Of a stretch of DNA of 64,000 bases, positions 37,313 to 50,812 are shown one piece after another. A program made the position numbers and the translations under genes. Origin of the DNA: Octopus sinensis (lineage: Eukaryota); contig NW_021833224.1 in NCBI RefSeq assembly GCF_006345805.1, forward strand, positions 35,567 to 99,566, read 5' to 3'. Position 1 is the first letter of the stretch; each line of letters opens with the position of its first letter. The notes below the pieces were generated by a model, which was given only the letters and a program-made list of their open reading frames with translations, was not told where the DNA came from and did not search any database.

Positions 37313-38281
37313 TAACATTACAGACAACATATTAAAATTAATTCCGATCTATTCTACACGCTTCTCCGAGCTATTCCTGAAGAAAAATCATTTTTCCTAC
37401 TCCAATGCTGACTAATTATATTTGTAAGACATATTCATCAGACCCCTTACCAAGAATCGAAACCTCGGTCTTCCCGCTTGTTTATATTGTTCTCGCCATT
37501 TGTGTTTAGAATTCATTCGTTTTACCTATTTAATTCGCCACCATTTTAGATGAGACAGAGTTTAATCTTGTTGACCCATTCCGATCTATTGTCAATGGTC
37601 TGACTTGACTTTAGCACTGCAATAAATACGAGATACCAAGAGAAAAATGTTCTCTTTCCTCTGCAACTTCCAAACAGTTAACTATGGCACCTTATCGCGA
37701 GCTTTGCCCCATTTATCCCCCTCAAGTTAGGGTTCACTATTAACAACTACCATGGTAATAGATTATCCTATCAAAACTAACTAAATTTTGTGTTTACTTC
37801 TAACTCGTTGCGGTTCCATAACCGCGTTAGTAAAATCTACAGTAAGTGTGAAATACCTTTCAGCAGTTCTTTGCAGTGCTTCCAGAAACATTATCTAAGC
37901 AATGCACAGTCTGTCGCCAACTTGTCACATCTCTACGTGACAAACAGCTTGCTACATCGTGTCTGTTACGCCTTTCCCGTTACAATTATCCCGTTATACA
38001 TATAAAGACATGTTTGAAGTACATTTCGAAAGTAGCTAGAATCTTTATAAACGTGTGTCCATTTATATCTGAGGCCTTGTGCTATTACTAGAAATAAATG
38101 ATAGCAAATAAAACTCAACATATATTAAAGAAGTAATGATTTCTTATATAAAATCGTCTTATATATAAATAGGTAAGTAGATTGTATTAAAGAGATTAGT
38201 ATTTCTTGATTGATATTAAAGAAATCACGGAAGATATTAAGCCCATCAGAAGAATAAGAAACCATTTTTATTCCATTTCAG

Positions 38282-38377
38282 AACTTTGGAACGATTTCAA
38301 ACAGTCAAATACACTGGAGAAGATTAACTCCGTTGGATGTGGTATAAGAGTTTACGACTCTTATAATTTCGTTAACA
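38282..38377 (+). CDS. Gene A 96-nt linker exon (ELWNDFKQSNTLEKINSVGCGIRVYDSYNFVN)
   Basis: ttttattccatttcAG acceptor, A|GTAAGA donor, open frame, phase 1-1, non-repetitive sequence between the PAN2 and PAN3 exons. Confidence 0.65.
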
Positions 38378-39002
38378 GTAAGACCCTCTTTTTGTTTATT
38401 TTTTGTGTTCTTTTTTCTTGTTCTTTTTTCTCATCTTTAATTCATTGATCTCTAGTTCTGGCCGCAAAAAAACTAAGAAATTTGTAAATATATCTTTCTT
38501 CCACATCATATGCGTATTTCTACTTAGAGACTTAATTCTTAATGAAATATATTAGCAGTAAATTAATAGTCTTGCAAAAGGATGTCGTAAAACTGATCCA
38601 CAAATACATTTAAAATCTGGCAGATGAAATAATATTAATTCCTGTTGTCATTAAAAATCTCAGCGTGCTTCATTACAAACTGGTAAGGAAATACAACAAT
38701 ACGTCTCGATGGTAATACGAGAACCTATCTACCTCCGAGATAACCAGCTACGTACCCCTTCTCCTTCTATTTCACCAGCCAGATCCCACATCAGTTATTA
38801 TTTCCAATCTTTCATTTCTAGATTAGGCAACTCACTGCCCACTCACACTAACTTAAGATGTCCAAATGGAACATGAATAAAATCGATCTATCGAATCAAT
38901 AGACCATATCTATTCGTTTCCCTTGTACCTTGTCAATGAAGAGCAATAGTTTGATATATGTTCTTATATTTCTTATTTTTTATTTCCTTTTTTCTTTTGC
39001 AG

Positions 39003-39198
39003 AAAAAGAAATCAGTGATTCGATAGCTTATTCAACTTTTTCCTTCAAACAAAATCCATATCACAACCTGATAACGAGGCTCAAATGAATGCTCACTCGG
39101 TTCTGGATTGTTCACGTTTATGTATGATATCTTCTACATGTACCGCCTGTTCATATACTAACACTAAGTGCGTACTAAAGAAACTTGATGACATTTAA
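39003..39198 (+). CDS. Gene A terminal exon, PAN-like domain 3, with a 1-nt frameshift near 39051
   Basis: Long polypyrimidine tract ending ttttgcAG. The phase-1 frame reads KKEISDSIAYSTFSFKQ and stops at TGA 39086. The shifted frame reads KSISQPDNEAQMNAHSVLDCSRLCMISSTCTACSYTNTKCVLKKLDDI* (TAA 39196-39198). Confidence 0.7.
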
Positions 39199-39319
39199 AG
39201 GAATTCACCCCAAAATTATTACTTCTCAATGAAATGTGAACAAGACTTCAGCGGATCACGTTTGCTAATAATAATTATCTATATCTATAAATATAAGATA
39301 GAATGTGTGTTTCTTTATC

Positions 39320-39325
39320 AATAAA
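39320..39325 (+). terminator. Candidate polyadenylation signal of gene A
   Basis: AATAAA about 120 nt after the stop codon, followed by T-rich sequence. Confidence 0.45.
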
Positions 39326-40044
39326 ACCAATTTAATTCAGATAATTCTTTTGTTTATTTTTATTGCTAACTTTTTTCGTTCTAAATTAGTCTTCTCTTAT
39401 AAATCCATTCATACATTGGAAGTTTTATAAGATTATTAAATTTACCTGAATACCAATGAAGCAATTGGGTATTATTTTATCGACATTCAAAGAATTAAAC
39501 ACTAAGTTAACTTGGACAGCATTTGATCTCAAAGCGTAACCTGTCTAAACTAAATACTACATGCAGTTAAACCGAATCTTTAACACATTTTATCCATCAT
39601 CTAAATAATATATCAAATAAAACATTTGCGTGTGGTTGATTTCTTTTGAGAAATGAAAGAAATTGTAATTCAAACTAAGAAGAAATGATGAAAGTACCAT
39701 CGAAAAGTTTTCTGAAGAATATGGTAAACAGTTTACAAGACCCATTGTACGTCCATTCCAACGTAAGAAAGCAGCGAAAATTTTAGGTTAATTTTTGAGT
39801 TTCAGCTCAGGTGTTTCTAAAGTTATTTAAGCAGGTAATTCTAAACTAATGTTATCGAAATTTACAAAGCCAAATTAAAATAAAAATCTTTCTTTTTTAT
39901 CTTTGGACGAAATTTTGCATTTCAACAACATTTTTGCATATAACATCGGTAAAGGTAAAACGAAATTCAATAGAAATTCGTTCATCAATACAGCAGCTCC
40001 ATAAGTTCTGATTTTTGGAGGGTTATACATAGCAATTTAACTCT

Positions 40045-43000
40045 TTAATTCGTTTCAGCTTTAAAGTTGCCTCCATGCTGAGGCACCACCGTTGGCTCTA
40101 CTACGCCATCATTATTTGAAACCTGTCTGATTCGTGGCATTTGGTGAATGAGGGAGTTTGATGCTGCTGTCCTCATCTGTGTTTCCTGTCGTGAGGTAGG
40201 CATATCTGGAACCCTTGACAGGAGGAGATCCAGTTTCATCTTGAAGACACCTATATCCATACCATGCCGGTCTCTCGGACATTTTGGAAGGATATTGAAG
40301 AGCCGCGAGTCATTGAAACCCAAGCTGTTGCTGTATCTGATCCCTATTTTGATGGTAATGATGGGATCTTTGGCATTCTGCAGTGGTGCCCCGTTCTGCT
40401 ATTTGTGTAACTTTCAATGCCATAGTACAAGGCCTTCCAGAATTTTCCAGATATATATCCCAGTATATCTTTCCCGCCTTCGTTGAAAGTGAAGCAGTCT
40501 TAACTCTTTTAGAGTTTCCCCAGTAGTTGATACGTTTGTATTGAGACGATTTTGTTAGTGTAGATTCGTTGGATTGCTTCGAGTTCCGCTGTTAATTTTA
40601 TACTGTGTAGTGGCCATATTTTGGAGCAATAGTCCAAGAAGCTGAGGACATATGTCTTCCAAAAGACCATCATAGTTTCCTTTTCTCTCGTTCTGAAAGT
40701 TCGGAGGATCCATCCACCTACCCGTTTGAATTTTCTTAACAAATTAGTAAAAAGCACCTGGAAAGATACATCATTACTCATGCCAATGCTCGGGTCACTA
40801 TTGATTTTAATTCAGGGACTGCGATTCCTCCAGGGCCAGAGTATTCTGTTTGCATGTCTCTCAACTTTGTATGCTGGTAGCTCAGAGCCTGGAATTTTCA
40901 ATCATTAAACTGCATGTTGTTGTTCTCAGTCTACCTGTATATTGCGTCCAGTTCTCGTTGCAAATGCGCACTATTTCCAGGGTTCTGAATCGTCTGAGAG
41001 GCTTGTCATCTGCATAGCTAGAGAGATTGGCTTATTTGAGCAGTTGAGGGCGTCTGAGAGGACCACTCTAAATAGCAGTGGTCCTAAGACAGTATCCTGT
41101 GTAACACCACTTAAAATTTACGTTTCTTTTGAGGTGGCTCCATTGGCCACCACTGCTTGACATCTATCTTTTATAAAGTCATCCAGCCACTCTCCAGCTT
41201 TCCGACGATGCTGAGATCATGCAGTTTGCAATGTATCATACTACAGTCAACTTTATCAAGGGCTTTTGCAAAGTCGAGATATATCACAGCTACACTTGAG
41301 TCGTTGAGCTGTTGCTTTAACACTCAGCCGTAATGTTGTTAGATCTGTATCAGGCAGCTTCTCCCTTGTTGAAATCCATACTGGGTGTCAGTCAGCATAT
41401 CATTCTCTTCAATGAACGCAATTAGTTTCTTGCTGACTATTCGTTCTATGACTTTGCTAATGTGTGAGGCCAAACAGATAGGCTTATAATTTTTATCATC
41501 TGCTCTGCTTCCTCTTTTGTGGATGGAGCATATTATCCCTTCCCTCAGTTTGTTTGGGAGCTTACCACTTGCAAGAGAACTCTGAATAAGAATCTGCAGT
41601 GGTTTTGCAAGGACTCGTTTGCATGATTTGAGAAGGATTGCTGGGAATCCACCAGAGCCAGCACCTGAGTTTTGTTTACGTCATATATGGCCAGTGTTAC
41701 ATCTTTAATGCCGATGTAACTAATATTCTCCTCTTTCGTTACAGGTAAAGTGGCAAAGAAATTTGGTGATTCGTTCATTTGCCTGTATCCTAGAGGGGGC
41801 GTAAACACACTTTGAAACTGTTCGTTCAGTATTTCACTTATCCTCCTTGGGTTTCCTATGAACGAGCCATCTTTTTGGAAAAGAGGGCCCTATCTTGTAA
41901 CGTACTGGGGCTATTTCTTTGGCAAAGTTAAAGAAAGCTTTGGTGTTCGATTTAACATTTTCTATAAATCCCTATCTTCTCTCTCTTTTTCATAACACTT
42001 ATGCAGACTTTTGTCAATCGACAATAGCGCGCTCTTCTGGCAGGACTTTTCACTAATTTTGGGGTGTTTGTTCAGGATATTTCGCAATCTTTGTCCGTCG
42101 TCTCATAAATATTTTCCTTTCCCTAAGTATTTTGTTTTTGTGTATGTTGGCCTTGTGCTTTCGGACAGATTTGTTACATATGGCTTGTCTTATGGACATG
42201 AAATGCTTGTGTTTCATATCAATGTCTCGTGTGGGGAGATATATAGACCAATCCTTTTGGCTACTGTCTTTTTCAATCAACTTCCACGTAGCTTTATGAC
42301 TCTTCAGACTGGAGAGATTTCGAGTGCCTCGTATAGGCTGTATGCCTGTAGGGAATTTTGGTCCATACATAGACAGCTCTATTATGTTGTGATCCATGAC
42401 TAGTGTCGGTGTCACTTTCACATTATGGACCAATGTCCATACTGTTTGTGAAGCAGGGATCCATTATATCATTTGCTGTGGCTGGTTGCAAAACAATTTG
42501 CTCCATGAGTGAAGCTTTGATAAAGTGGAGCAGGGACTCTATCTGTGCTTTTTGGTGGTGTGTCATTCCTGAAAGCATCTGACCCTCGGGAAGTTAAAGT
42601 CACCCAAAAGGAATACACTGACGTGTTGCTCCAGTTTCATGAGAACTTCTACCTTTGCGAGGCAGTCTTCAAACTTACCCGTATGATATGGAACATCCGG
42701 TGGCCGATATGTTGTACATATAGCAAAATTAAGTTGTCTCATGTGTACAATTTGAGTGCCACACACTGAATTTGAATATGACAGCAGGACCCGGGTATGA
42801 TTTTCTCTCGGATGTACACAGCAAATCAACCATGGATCCTTTCTTTTCTGTCTGAGCGTATTACAACATATTTTGATATATGTAGTTCTGCACCCCCTAT
42901 ATCGAGTCTAAGATGCGTTTTCACAAGTGCTATGCATGGGATTTGGTTGCATGCAGCACGGTCTCTCAGGAAAGAGATATTTGTTTTGTTACTGAGGTGC

Positions 43001-44170
43001 AACAGACGTCTGGTGTTCAAAAGAAATATTTGTGCGGCGTTTGAGTTGGTCTTAGTGGTGGCCATCCTGTATCTATTGCTTGTGGTGGCCATGTGATGGT
43101 CGGTGTGCATCCAAGTTTGTGCTTATAGCCAGTGCAGCTGCAGGAAAAATTTTTGTGCAAAGCTCAAAATGAATTATTGTTCAGCTCCTGCCATTTTCAC
43201 ATCTGAATGAGGCTGACTATTTGTTGGGGTAAACACTACATCTGCATATCGTCTTTGGGCAGTAGACAGTGTGTAACCTTTCCTTTTGTCCTCTTCATGG
43301 AAAAAAGTATTGCTTTGGGCTTGTGCAGTTTTCGTAGGACTCTTTGCACTATCATCGCCGCACTAGACGTTCTCTTAAAGGTAAAATCTGCAAATGTTTC
43401 TGCTTTTACTTTTGTAACTTCTATGTTTTTTGTTTTGCTCCAAAATGTTTTGTCTTTTCTTCGTTTCCTTTGTTTTTCACTTCTCGTTTTTCCTTGTTTC
43501 TGACAGCTTTTTTTTTGTCAATTACGTGTTTTGGTTTTCCTTTTTCAGCTCTATTAAATCATTGATTGTCTAAAGTGATGGGGCAGGGTCAGTAACAGTG
43601 TTTCCTTCATTTGCAGGTCTCTCAGTCGTGGCTTAGGTTTTGTCCTTTTGAGAGACCGTTGAATCCTTGAGGTTACATCCATCTTTTTAACATTATTGGT
43701 GCAATCAGATACCCAGAATGGTGTCAAGAGTGTCGATGGGCTGTCTAATGAAAGCATAGGAATGGAGGAATTACAGTTTCTTCCGATCTGGGCCGTGGTT
43801 CTGGGAATATCATTACTTGTTAATGCCGCTGCGATGATGTTGTTTAGGGGAACTTCGTCGGTAATTTTCCAGGCTCGCACAAATAATTGCAGTTCCTTCG
43901 TTATCCAAATAATAGCAGTGAAAAATAAATTGCAATATAGATACCATTAATTTTCCTTTCTTGACAACTGGATAAGAGTGGCATCACGTGCTCCTTTCCC
44001 AAAAGTTTGATATTCCCTCTGTAGAGAATCAGCTGAAATATAGATTTGGTTCATTTTACTCCCAAAGCATACTTGCCATCGCGAAGGCTTGTTTTAATGA
44101 ATTCTTACTCATCAGTATTTTTCTGGAACATGTGGACAGTAAAAGCACTTTTCCGGAATGCTGTACTCAT
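40045..44170 (-). mobile_element. CR1/L2-group LINE, near full length, decayed
   Basis: Minus-strand LLGDFNFP, DHNIIEL, YLDFAKALDKV, GWILRTF, LDYCSKIW, LEAIQR, RLFNILPK. The upstream region (43100-44170) may be ORF1. Confidence 0.88.
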
Positions 44171-45329
44171 TGACGTGATTTATATAACCCTAGATTGAAA
44201 CCGCAACATCTTGAATCAAACAATGTTTACGAAACTTTTCTTGAGTTTTCGCTATGAAGATTTATTGCTTTGGTTGTTGCTAATGTTTTCAAGATGAGTT
44301 TGTTGAGACTGTCGAGCGTCGGCTGCTGTTCTGAAAGGCGCCTTTCAAATGAAATATTTTCTTATCCTTAACCACAGTCCGGCTAGTCCTTCTGTGTCTA
44401 TCACAACATAATCACCCTGATGTCATCTTGTGCCTTATAAATTTGTTGAATCAGAATCCTATGAGAATATAACTGTATCATAATGTTCTAATTCTTCAAA
44501 AGCTGACTCTTTAAGGTCCTTTGTCTCTGAAGGATATTCATCATCTTTGGTTACTTCAGCAAGGTTCCTTCTTATGAATTAACGTATATCCATATATTGT
44601 ACTGAATCTACAATAAAGAATTAACAGCTTGTATGTACGTGTTATATAAAATAATGATAAAGACGTTTCAGCACCTTGAAACATAAATTTCTCTAACGTT
44701 GTTGTATCAACACTAAAAAGAAACCAGCAGTATCATCTCATTATCATTATTAAATAAATTATTATTCTTTTAATTTCCCCATGTTTGGTCAAACATTTGG
44801 TATCTAAACCTTCCAACAGTTACTTGAATAACTGCTGCCATTAAGGACAATTAGTTCCTTCCGTTCAAAGATACTCTCCAGAGTGCTTGAAACCTCACAT
44901 GTGAAGCAGAACGCCATTTTCAGGAGAAGTATGAGAGTGCACTCGAAGTATTGTCGCGCATACTTGAAAACAAAATGCATAACAGACACCATGCTATTAT
45001 ATACGTTGCTAGTGCAGTAAGAATCTGTCTTTTTCGGAGAGGGTAATGCAAAAGAAACCTTAGAGAAAAAAGGAGAGAGAGAGAAAGAAAGCTGCCTGTC
45101 TTGCAATTCCTCTACCAGCATGGTTTGTCCTTAGCCAATGATATAAAAATACAAGACACATTTTACATATTGATATATTTTATCATTATGTGTTTGGCAA
45201 AGAAATACGAGAGACGGGAAAAGAAAATTACTTCAAGATTCTATTTTCAAGAACTGATTTTATAGATTGGGGGCTAGATTTAGGGAAATGTTCTTCGGGT
45301 AGGGCGAAGAGGATCGGATGGGGTGGAAC

Positions 45330-46330
45330 CAGATAACTTCCCGGATTCCCGTTCGTTTAATCCCATTAGTGGGGTTAACTGGGTGGATATAGAGTTTGGA
45401 GGTGTATGATGGTGTCTGTTTCGGTGGGTTATGGTGTATATCGGATTTGGGGTCATCTGGGTAGGAAAGGAGAATCGTTTGTTAGGTCATCTGATACTCT
45501 GAAATTTGGACGGGTATTGGAGGGGTGGGATAGGAGGAATTTTACGCTTTTTACGTTTTTACTCAACATAGCCCCCAGCTCCACACATATAAACCCAAAA
45601 TACCAATTAAGCTCCTTAACAGCACTAACCCCCATAACTCCAACTATAATTCCACTTCTAACACCTGATCCTTAAATTTACCACAACGCCCAACTTGTAA
45701 AAATAGAGAACAACACAGAAGATACCACCGGACACAATAATCATCATATTTTACATCTCTACAGCACCACCCTCAACTCCTTAACAAGCACTGATCTTAA
45801 CGCCAGCAATAAAACCAAACTTAACACCGATTCCTCACTAAATAGCAATCCCCTCTTAAGGTCATCCAGAACATCCCCTACAGATCTACGCTGCCGCAGA
45901 CGCCCAGCCTCCTGTCATTTAGATAACCGCTGTCTCACAAGAAACGTAGTTTATAGTGTACAGTATCATATGCCAACAGTAACTCCATTTCTATTGACTC
46001 ATGTAGCATCACCTTCAAAGCTAGAGTGAGCGACCACTGCTCCAGCTTCAAGTCCCAAACAGAATCAACGGCATGTCTTTACCTCAGCTTTTCAATTAAC
46101 AAAAAAGTTTGATTCAACTCTTTACATTCTCAAGGGGTCCATTGTCACCCACGCCAAGCCATACATCAGCTATAATAACAAGTTTGATCCCTGCACAGCC
46201 GAGATCTTGGCTACTTTGCAATCCACGAACTATCTTAATGAACGCAATAGTATAATATCTACCTACAAACATCGGTCACTAAATCTATTCTCAAAATACA
46301 AATAATAACAAACCCAGCCCGCTTTTTCTC
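45330..46330 (+). mobile_element. Penelope-like GIY-YIG endonuclease remnant
   Basis: CRRRPASCHLDNRCLTRNVVY...TFKARVSDHCSSFK, the Cys-rich linker and GIY-YIG region of PLEs; frameshifted. Confidence 0.6.
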
Positions 46331-47140
46331 CCCTAACTTTTATAAATTTTCCCTCTTTTTCGTAAACTTATAAGTACATACGCCATTATGCACTACACCA
46401 CTTCGTACTGTAAACACGCTCAACACACACTATATACATTCCTCTATTGAAAAAAACCTATAGTAGCCGCCACGATTCTTCCCCTCCTTTTCTTACTTTC
46501 TACATGCATATATATTTTTCTCCCCACCACCCCACATTGACCAAAAGCATTTCCCCACCCTTTTCCCTCCATATTATTTTTTATAATGCCACACTCTTTG
46601 CTAATTTTTGTGATTAAGTCACCGGTCAAATGACGATGCTTAAATTAATCACTCTATCTTGCTTTCTTCATACGCACTTTCTTTCCCCCCCTTGATCAAA
46701 AATATTTTCCCCGCCTCCTCCATCCAAATTATCTTTTTTACAAATACCACTCCCCTTGCTAATTTCTGTGATTCAGCCAAAACAGATCTATTGATTATAA
46801 CCGATCATATGCCCTTGCTTAAAATCCTTTTTTCTCTCACTTCCTTATATTTTCTTGCTCTTTTCCCTTGTTTTACATTAATATTCTCCTCCCTTTCTGT
46901 GCTCTCTACACATTTCGATTGAATATTCCATGCGGCAACATGTACCTACTTGCGACAATGTAACCTTTAATTGAATCAGGATATCCTTGTCATAAAGACT
47001 AGCCTGCGTTATATATCTCGCTTGGATATTTACCACCTCTGAGATTCTGCTCGCTATGAAACATATCTAGCCCAGATCTTATCTACTCTATGCTATAACT
47101 CTTATTCGCACACCTGCAATCATGGTCACCTACTGTGAAA

Positions 47141-47148
47141 TATAAAAG
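47141..47148 (+). promoter_or_regulatory. Possible TATA box upstream of gene B
   Basis: TATAAAAG about 110 nt upstream of the ATG at 47254. Weak evidence in AT-rich DNA; an AG acceptor at 47226-47227 would alternatively allow an upstream UTR exon. Confidence 0.25.
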
Positions 47149-47253
47149 AACATGTTACGAAGTTGATATAATGATTCTCCTTCATTAAGAAGATAAATTT
47201 AAATTAGTAACATCTGGTTCTTGACAGTCATTTCTACCTAGAAAACAGACAGG

Positions 47254-47284
47254 ATGCTGCAGAGGAATTACCTTCAAATTATTT
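47254..47284 (+). CDS. Gene B first coding exon (MLQRNYLQII)
   Basis: aggATG, 10 codons plus 1 nt, T|GTATGT phase-1 donor. The spliced product MLQRNYLQIIFLFYISLTFGNG-LEY is signal-peptide-like. Confidence 0.6.
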
Positions 47285-47354
47285 GTATGTAAACGTTTTA
47301 TTGTATAATTAATATATTACGTTTTTAATTATTTAAGAGTTAAACCATCACGAC

Positions 47355-47366
47355 TATATATATGTG

Positions 47367-47397
<31 letters not shown>

Positions 47398-47405
47398 ATA
47401 GATAG

Positions 47406-47448
<43 letters not shown>

Positions 47449-47649
47449 TAGATAGATAGATAGATAGATAGATAGGTAGATAGATAGATAGATAGGTAGA
47501 TAGATAGATAGATATATAGATAGATAGACAGACAGATAGATAGAGATATATGTGTGTATGTGTGTGTGTGTGTATAGATAGTAGATAAATAGATAGATAG
47601 ATAGATAGATAGACAGACAGATAGATAGAGATATATATATGTGTGTGTA

Positions 47650-47680
<31 letters not shown>

Positions 47681-47715
47681 TGTGTGTGTGTTGTGTGTGT
47701 GTGTGTGTGTGTGTA
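47355..47715 (+). repeat. Compound (TG)n/(GATA)n microsatellite in gene B intron 1
   Basis: Direct reading. Confidence 0.95.
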
Positions 47716-48650
47716 GAAGGTTGAAAAGTAACACACGAGTTGACATGTATAAGGAAAATAAGGCAAGGTAGAAAATGCTAAAATAATTTTATCATGAAAT
47801 ACATTTTGTAAAGGAATAGATCACCAGGAAGGATGTGGTCAACTTTCATTATATATTTGGTTATATAATCTGCGTTCCGCATACAGAAGGAAGTGCTACA
47901 AAACTTGTCATCGTCTTATTTTAAATCAATGCCTATTCAGTGAGTAATTTTCACACCAAACTTATATTCTATGATCTGGTTAAATACGTATTAGACTATA
48001 TTTCCCAACGGATACCTGATAAGTCCAAAACATGTTCGGATTTAACCCCAAACCTACAAAACATTAGATTCGTTCCCCCACTGCTTACTTCTATATCATT
48101 TTTAATCAATTTCAATTTCGGAATGTCTCTCCCTTCCATTTCTTCACAACGGTTATCTTAAAATCAGATAATTGTTTTTCTCTCTCCATTGCATGCGTAA
48201 TTCCAGTTAATTTAACATTCTTTTTGGTTCACTACATTCGCTCTTTATCCCGCTCTTAATATATGTAATACTTTCACTAAAGTTTCTGAAGTGTCTAGAA
48301 TTTTCTATTCCAAGAAATACTGATGCTTCTTATCTCGATTGAAACAACATTTCCTTTTATTTCTTCATCTTCTCCTCTTTCTATCTCTGTTCCTCTCTCT
48401 TTATCTCGCTCTCACCCCTCCTCTCCCTCTCCTTTTGTTTATCTTTCTATCCCTCTCCAATTTATCGCTCTCCCTCATTATTTCAATGGATAATTTTATG
48501 CTGATGTAGTGGTGGTCTTCGTCGTATTTGTTATCGAATTATGCTTGTAGAACTTCTCTTTCCTATTCATTTCATCTTTATTCTTTGTAAATGAATGTTA
48601 AACGTGAATATGAAATATGAAATGTTTTACAAAATAAATTTTCGTTGCAG

Positions 48651-48686
48651 TTCTCTTCTACATCTCATTGACATTTGGAAATGGAC
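48651..48686 (+). CDS. Gene B 36-nt micro-exon (xLFYISLTFGNG)
   Basis: ttcgttgcAG acceptor and C|GTGAGT donor; one substitution relative to 26299-26334. Confidence 0.8.
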
Positions 48687-49245
48687 GTGAGTAGATTTAT
48701 ATCAATATATAGACCTATATCTATGAAAATTATGAAAATCATTACACAAACATTTAATTTATAAATTCAATACAGGAAAATATTTTCCTCTTCAAAGTAA
48801 ATTAGTTGAAAAGAAAATTTATAATTTTTAGTTCAATACAGCCGCATGATGACGAATTCACTTCTTAACATAATTTCCATTGATTATAATTCAGTTTTTC
48901 GTCAGTTTGTAAGCATTTTCTTAAATATAACAAAGTGCTGACATTGGGGCAAACTTTACAACACACAACCGTTAAGCATTATAGAACATAGCATATGAGT
49001 AATTTAAATATGAGAATTAATTAATTAAAAACTCATTTGCAGTCATTTTGATTAAACAGATAATATATTCCAAGATGCTTTGTACCTACACTATGGTAGT
49101 AACAACTTTATCACTTCTTCCTGGTAAAAATATCAATATTGATCCTCAAACTTTTAATATTCTATTTCTTTATATTATCTATTTTCACAATCTTTAATTT
49201 TCCTCGTCCTATTTTGGTTGTTTAATTTGTCTGGCTTTGTTACAG

Positions 49246-49503
49246 TTGAATATCTGAAGTATTTTATAAAAGTACAACACTGTGATCTGAAAGATGGTAA
49301 AACATTGATGAGACTTGACGTGGATAACTCCAGCTGTTCGAAGAGGTGTTTTGAAATTTCTACATGCAAATCCTTCGTGAGTAGAGCGATAAATCCAAGC
49401 TGTATTTTATACGAAGATGACACATCAGAGAAGACACTAATAAAAGCAAATAATACCTATTTTTATCAGTTAAGAAGAACTGTGCCGACCAAGTATAGAG
49501 ACG
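49246..49503 (+). CDS. Gene B exon encoding PAN/apple domain 1
   Basis: ttgttacAG acceptor and G|GTAAAC donor, 258 nt, all five Cys conserved with gene A. Confidence 0.88.
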
Positions 49504-49733
49504 GTAAACAAATTTATTTCATTCCTTGACTTGTATTCTATGTTTTAGTCGAAAGAGAGACAATACTGTCGTCATTTGAAAAGTCTCTACGATTTATCTG
49601 GTCAATGTAGAATGGTATCTGTAGATAAAAAATTGGTTGTAGAGTTTTCGTTCCAGAGTGTCATGGTTCTAATAAAGTTTTGATTGATGCGTTTAGCACA
49701 CATTTTCGGATTGAGACACAAGATTGTTAAAGA

Positions 49734-49769
<36 letters not shown>

Positions 49770-49796
49770 TAGTTGTAGTAGTAGTAGTAGTAGTAA

Positions 49797-49828
<32 letters not shown>

Positions 49829-50280
49829 ATTTTTAAAAAATTTTCTCTACTATAATTACAATACTTGAAATTCAATTCTGTTTTGACACGTCATCAGTTG
49901 CAAAGACACTGCTTATATACCCAATATTACTAACGGTTTAGGGTAGAGGGGGATGGTTTTATCAGTCATCATTGACAGTTAGAAACAGTTAGAATTTTTT
50001 TAAAAAGCAAGAAACAGGATTAGGTTCATCCGCGGGAAGAAAAGCCTACAGAAAAGACCACGGAAACCCCAGGCAGGGAGGAAATAAACACATGAGAGCA
50101 ATGTGCTCTCTCTCTTTTACGATTTACAGGATCATGCTTAAAATGGTTTCGTCACTCGCGCGCACCATCTTTGCTACATTCACCCACCTTATTTTGAAAC
50201 TTTCGTGAGACAAAACCTGCCTCTCCATTCTCACCTTCCTTTTCAAGTGGTACTTGAAAAAGTTGATGAGCGATTGGCCT

Positions 50281-50389
<109 letters not shown>

Positions 50390-50634
50390 GATAGATAGAT
50401 AGATAGATAGATGGATTGATTGATGGATAGATAGATGGATTGATGGATAGAGAGAGAGAGAGAGATTGAGATAGAGATACAGAGAGAGTGTGTGAGAGAG
50501 AGTGAGAGAGAGAGTGAAAGATAGATAGATTCACCCTATAATTCAACCCATAATTGCCCACGGGCATATGGCATAGTGGTTAAGAGCACGGGCTACTAAC
50601 CCCAAGACTCCAAGTTCGATTCCAAGCAGTGACC

Positions 50635-50683
<49 letters not shown>

Positions 50684-50752
50684 CAACAACAACAACAACA
50701 ACAACATCGAAAAATACCTTAGGAATGAGAACCCAGGTTCGAAAATCCCCAA

Positions 50753-50798
50753 GACACCTGAAGAAGGCTGGAGGGTATATCAGCCGAAACGCTGTGTT
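50753..50798 (+). ncRNA. Minimal hammerhead ribozyme motif inside the SINE
   Basis: GACAC-CUGAAGA-A-GGCUG-gaggguauau-CAGCC-GAAAC-GCU-GUGUU. Stems I and II pair, but the cleavage triplet reads GCU rather than GUU. Confidence 0.65.
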
Positions 50799-50812
50799 AA
50801 CAACAAGCAAGA

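Larger units (their letters stand above)
47811..49566 (+). repeat. Duplicated block, copy 2 (pairs with 25517-29205)
   Basis: Same anchors as copy 1; lacks the 26405-28430 insertion. Confidence 0.9.

Noticed and set aside
38620-38685. Possible extra exon ending at G|GTAAGG
   Set aside because: Weak acceptor; the adjacent sequence looks like a decayed LINE 3' end and the exon is not needed for the frame.
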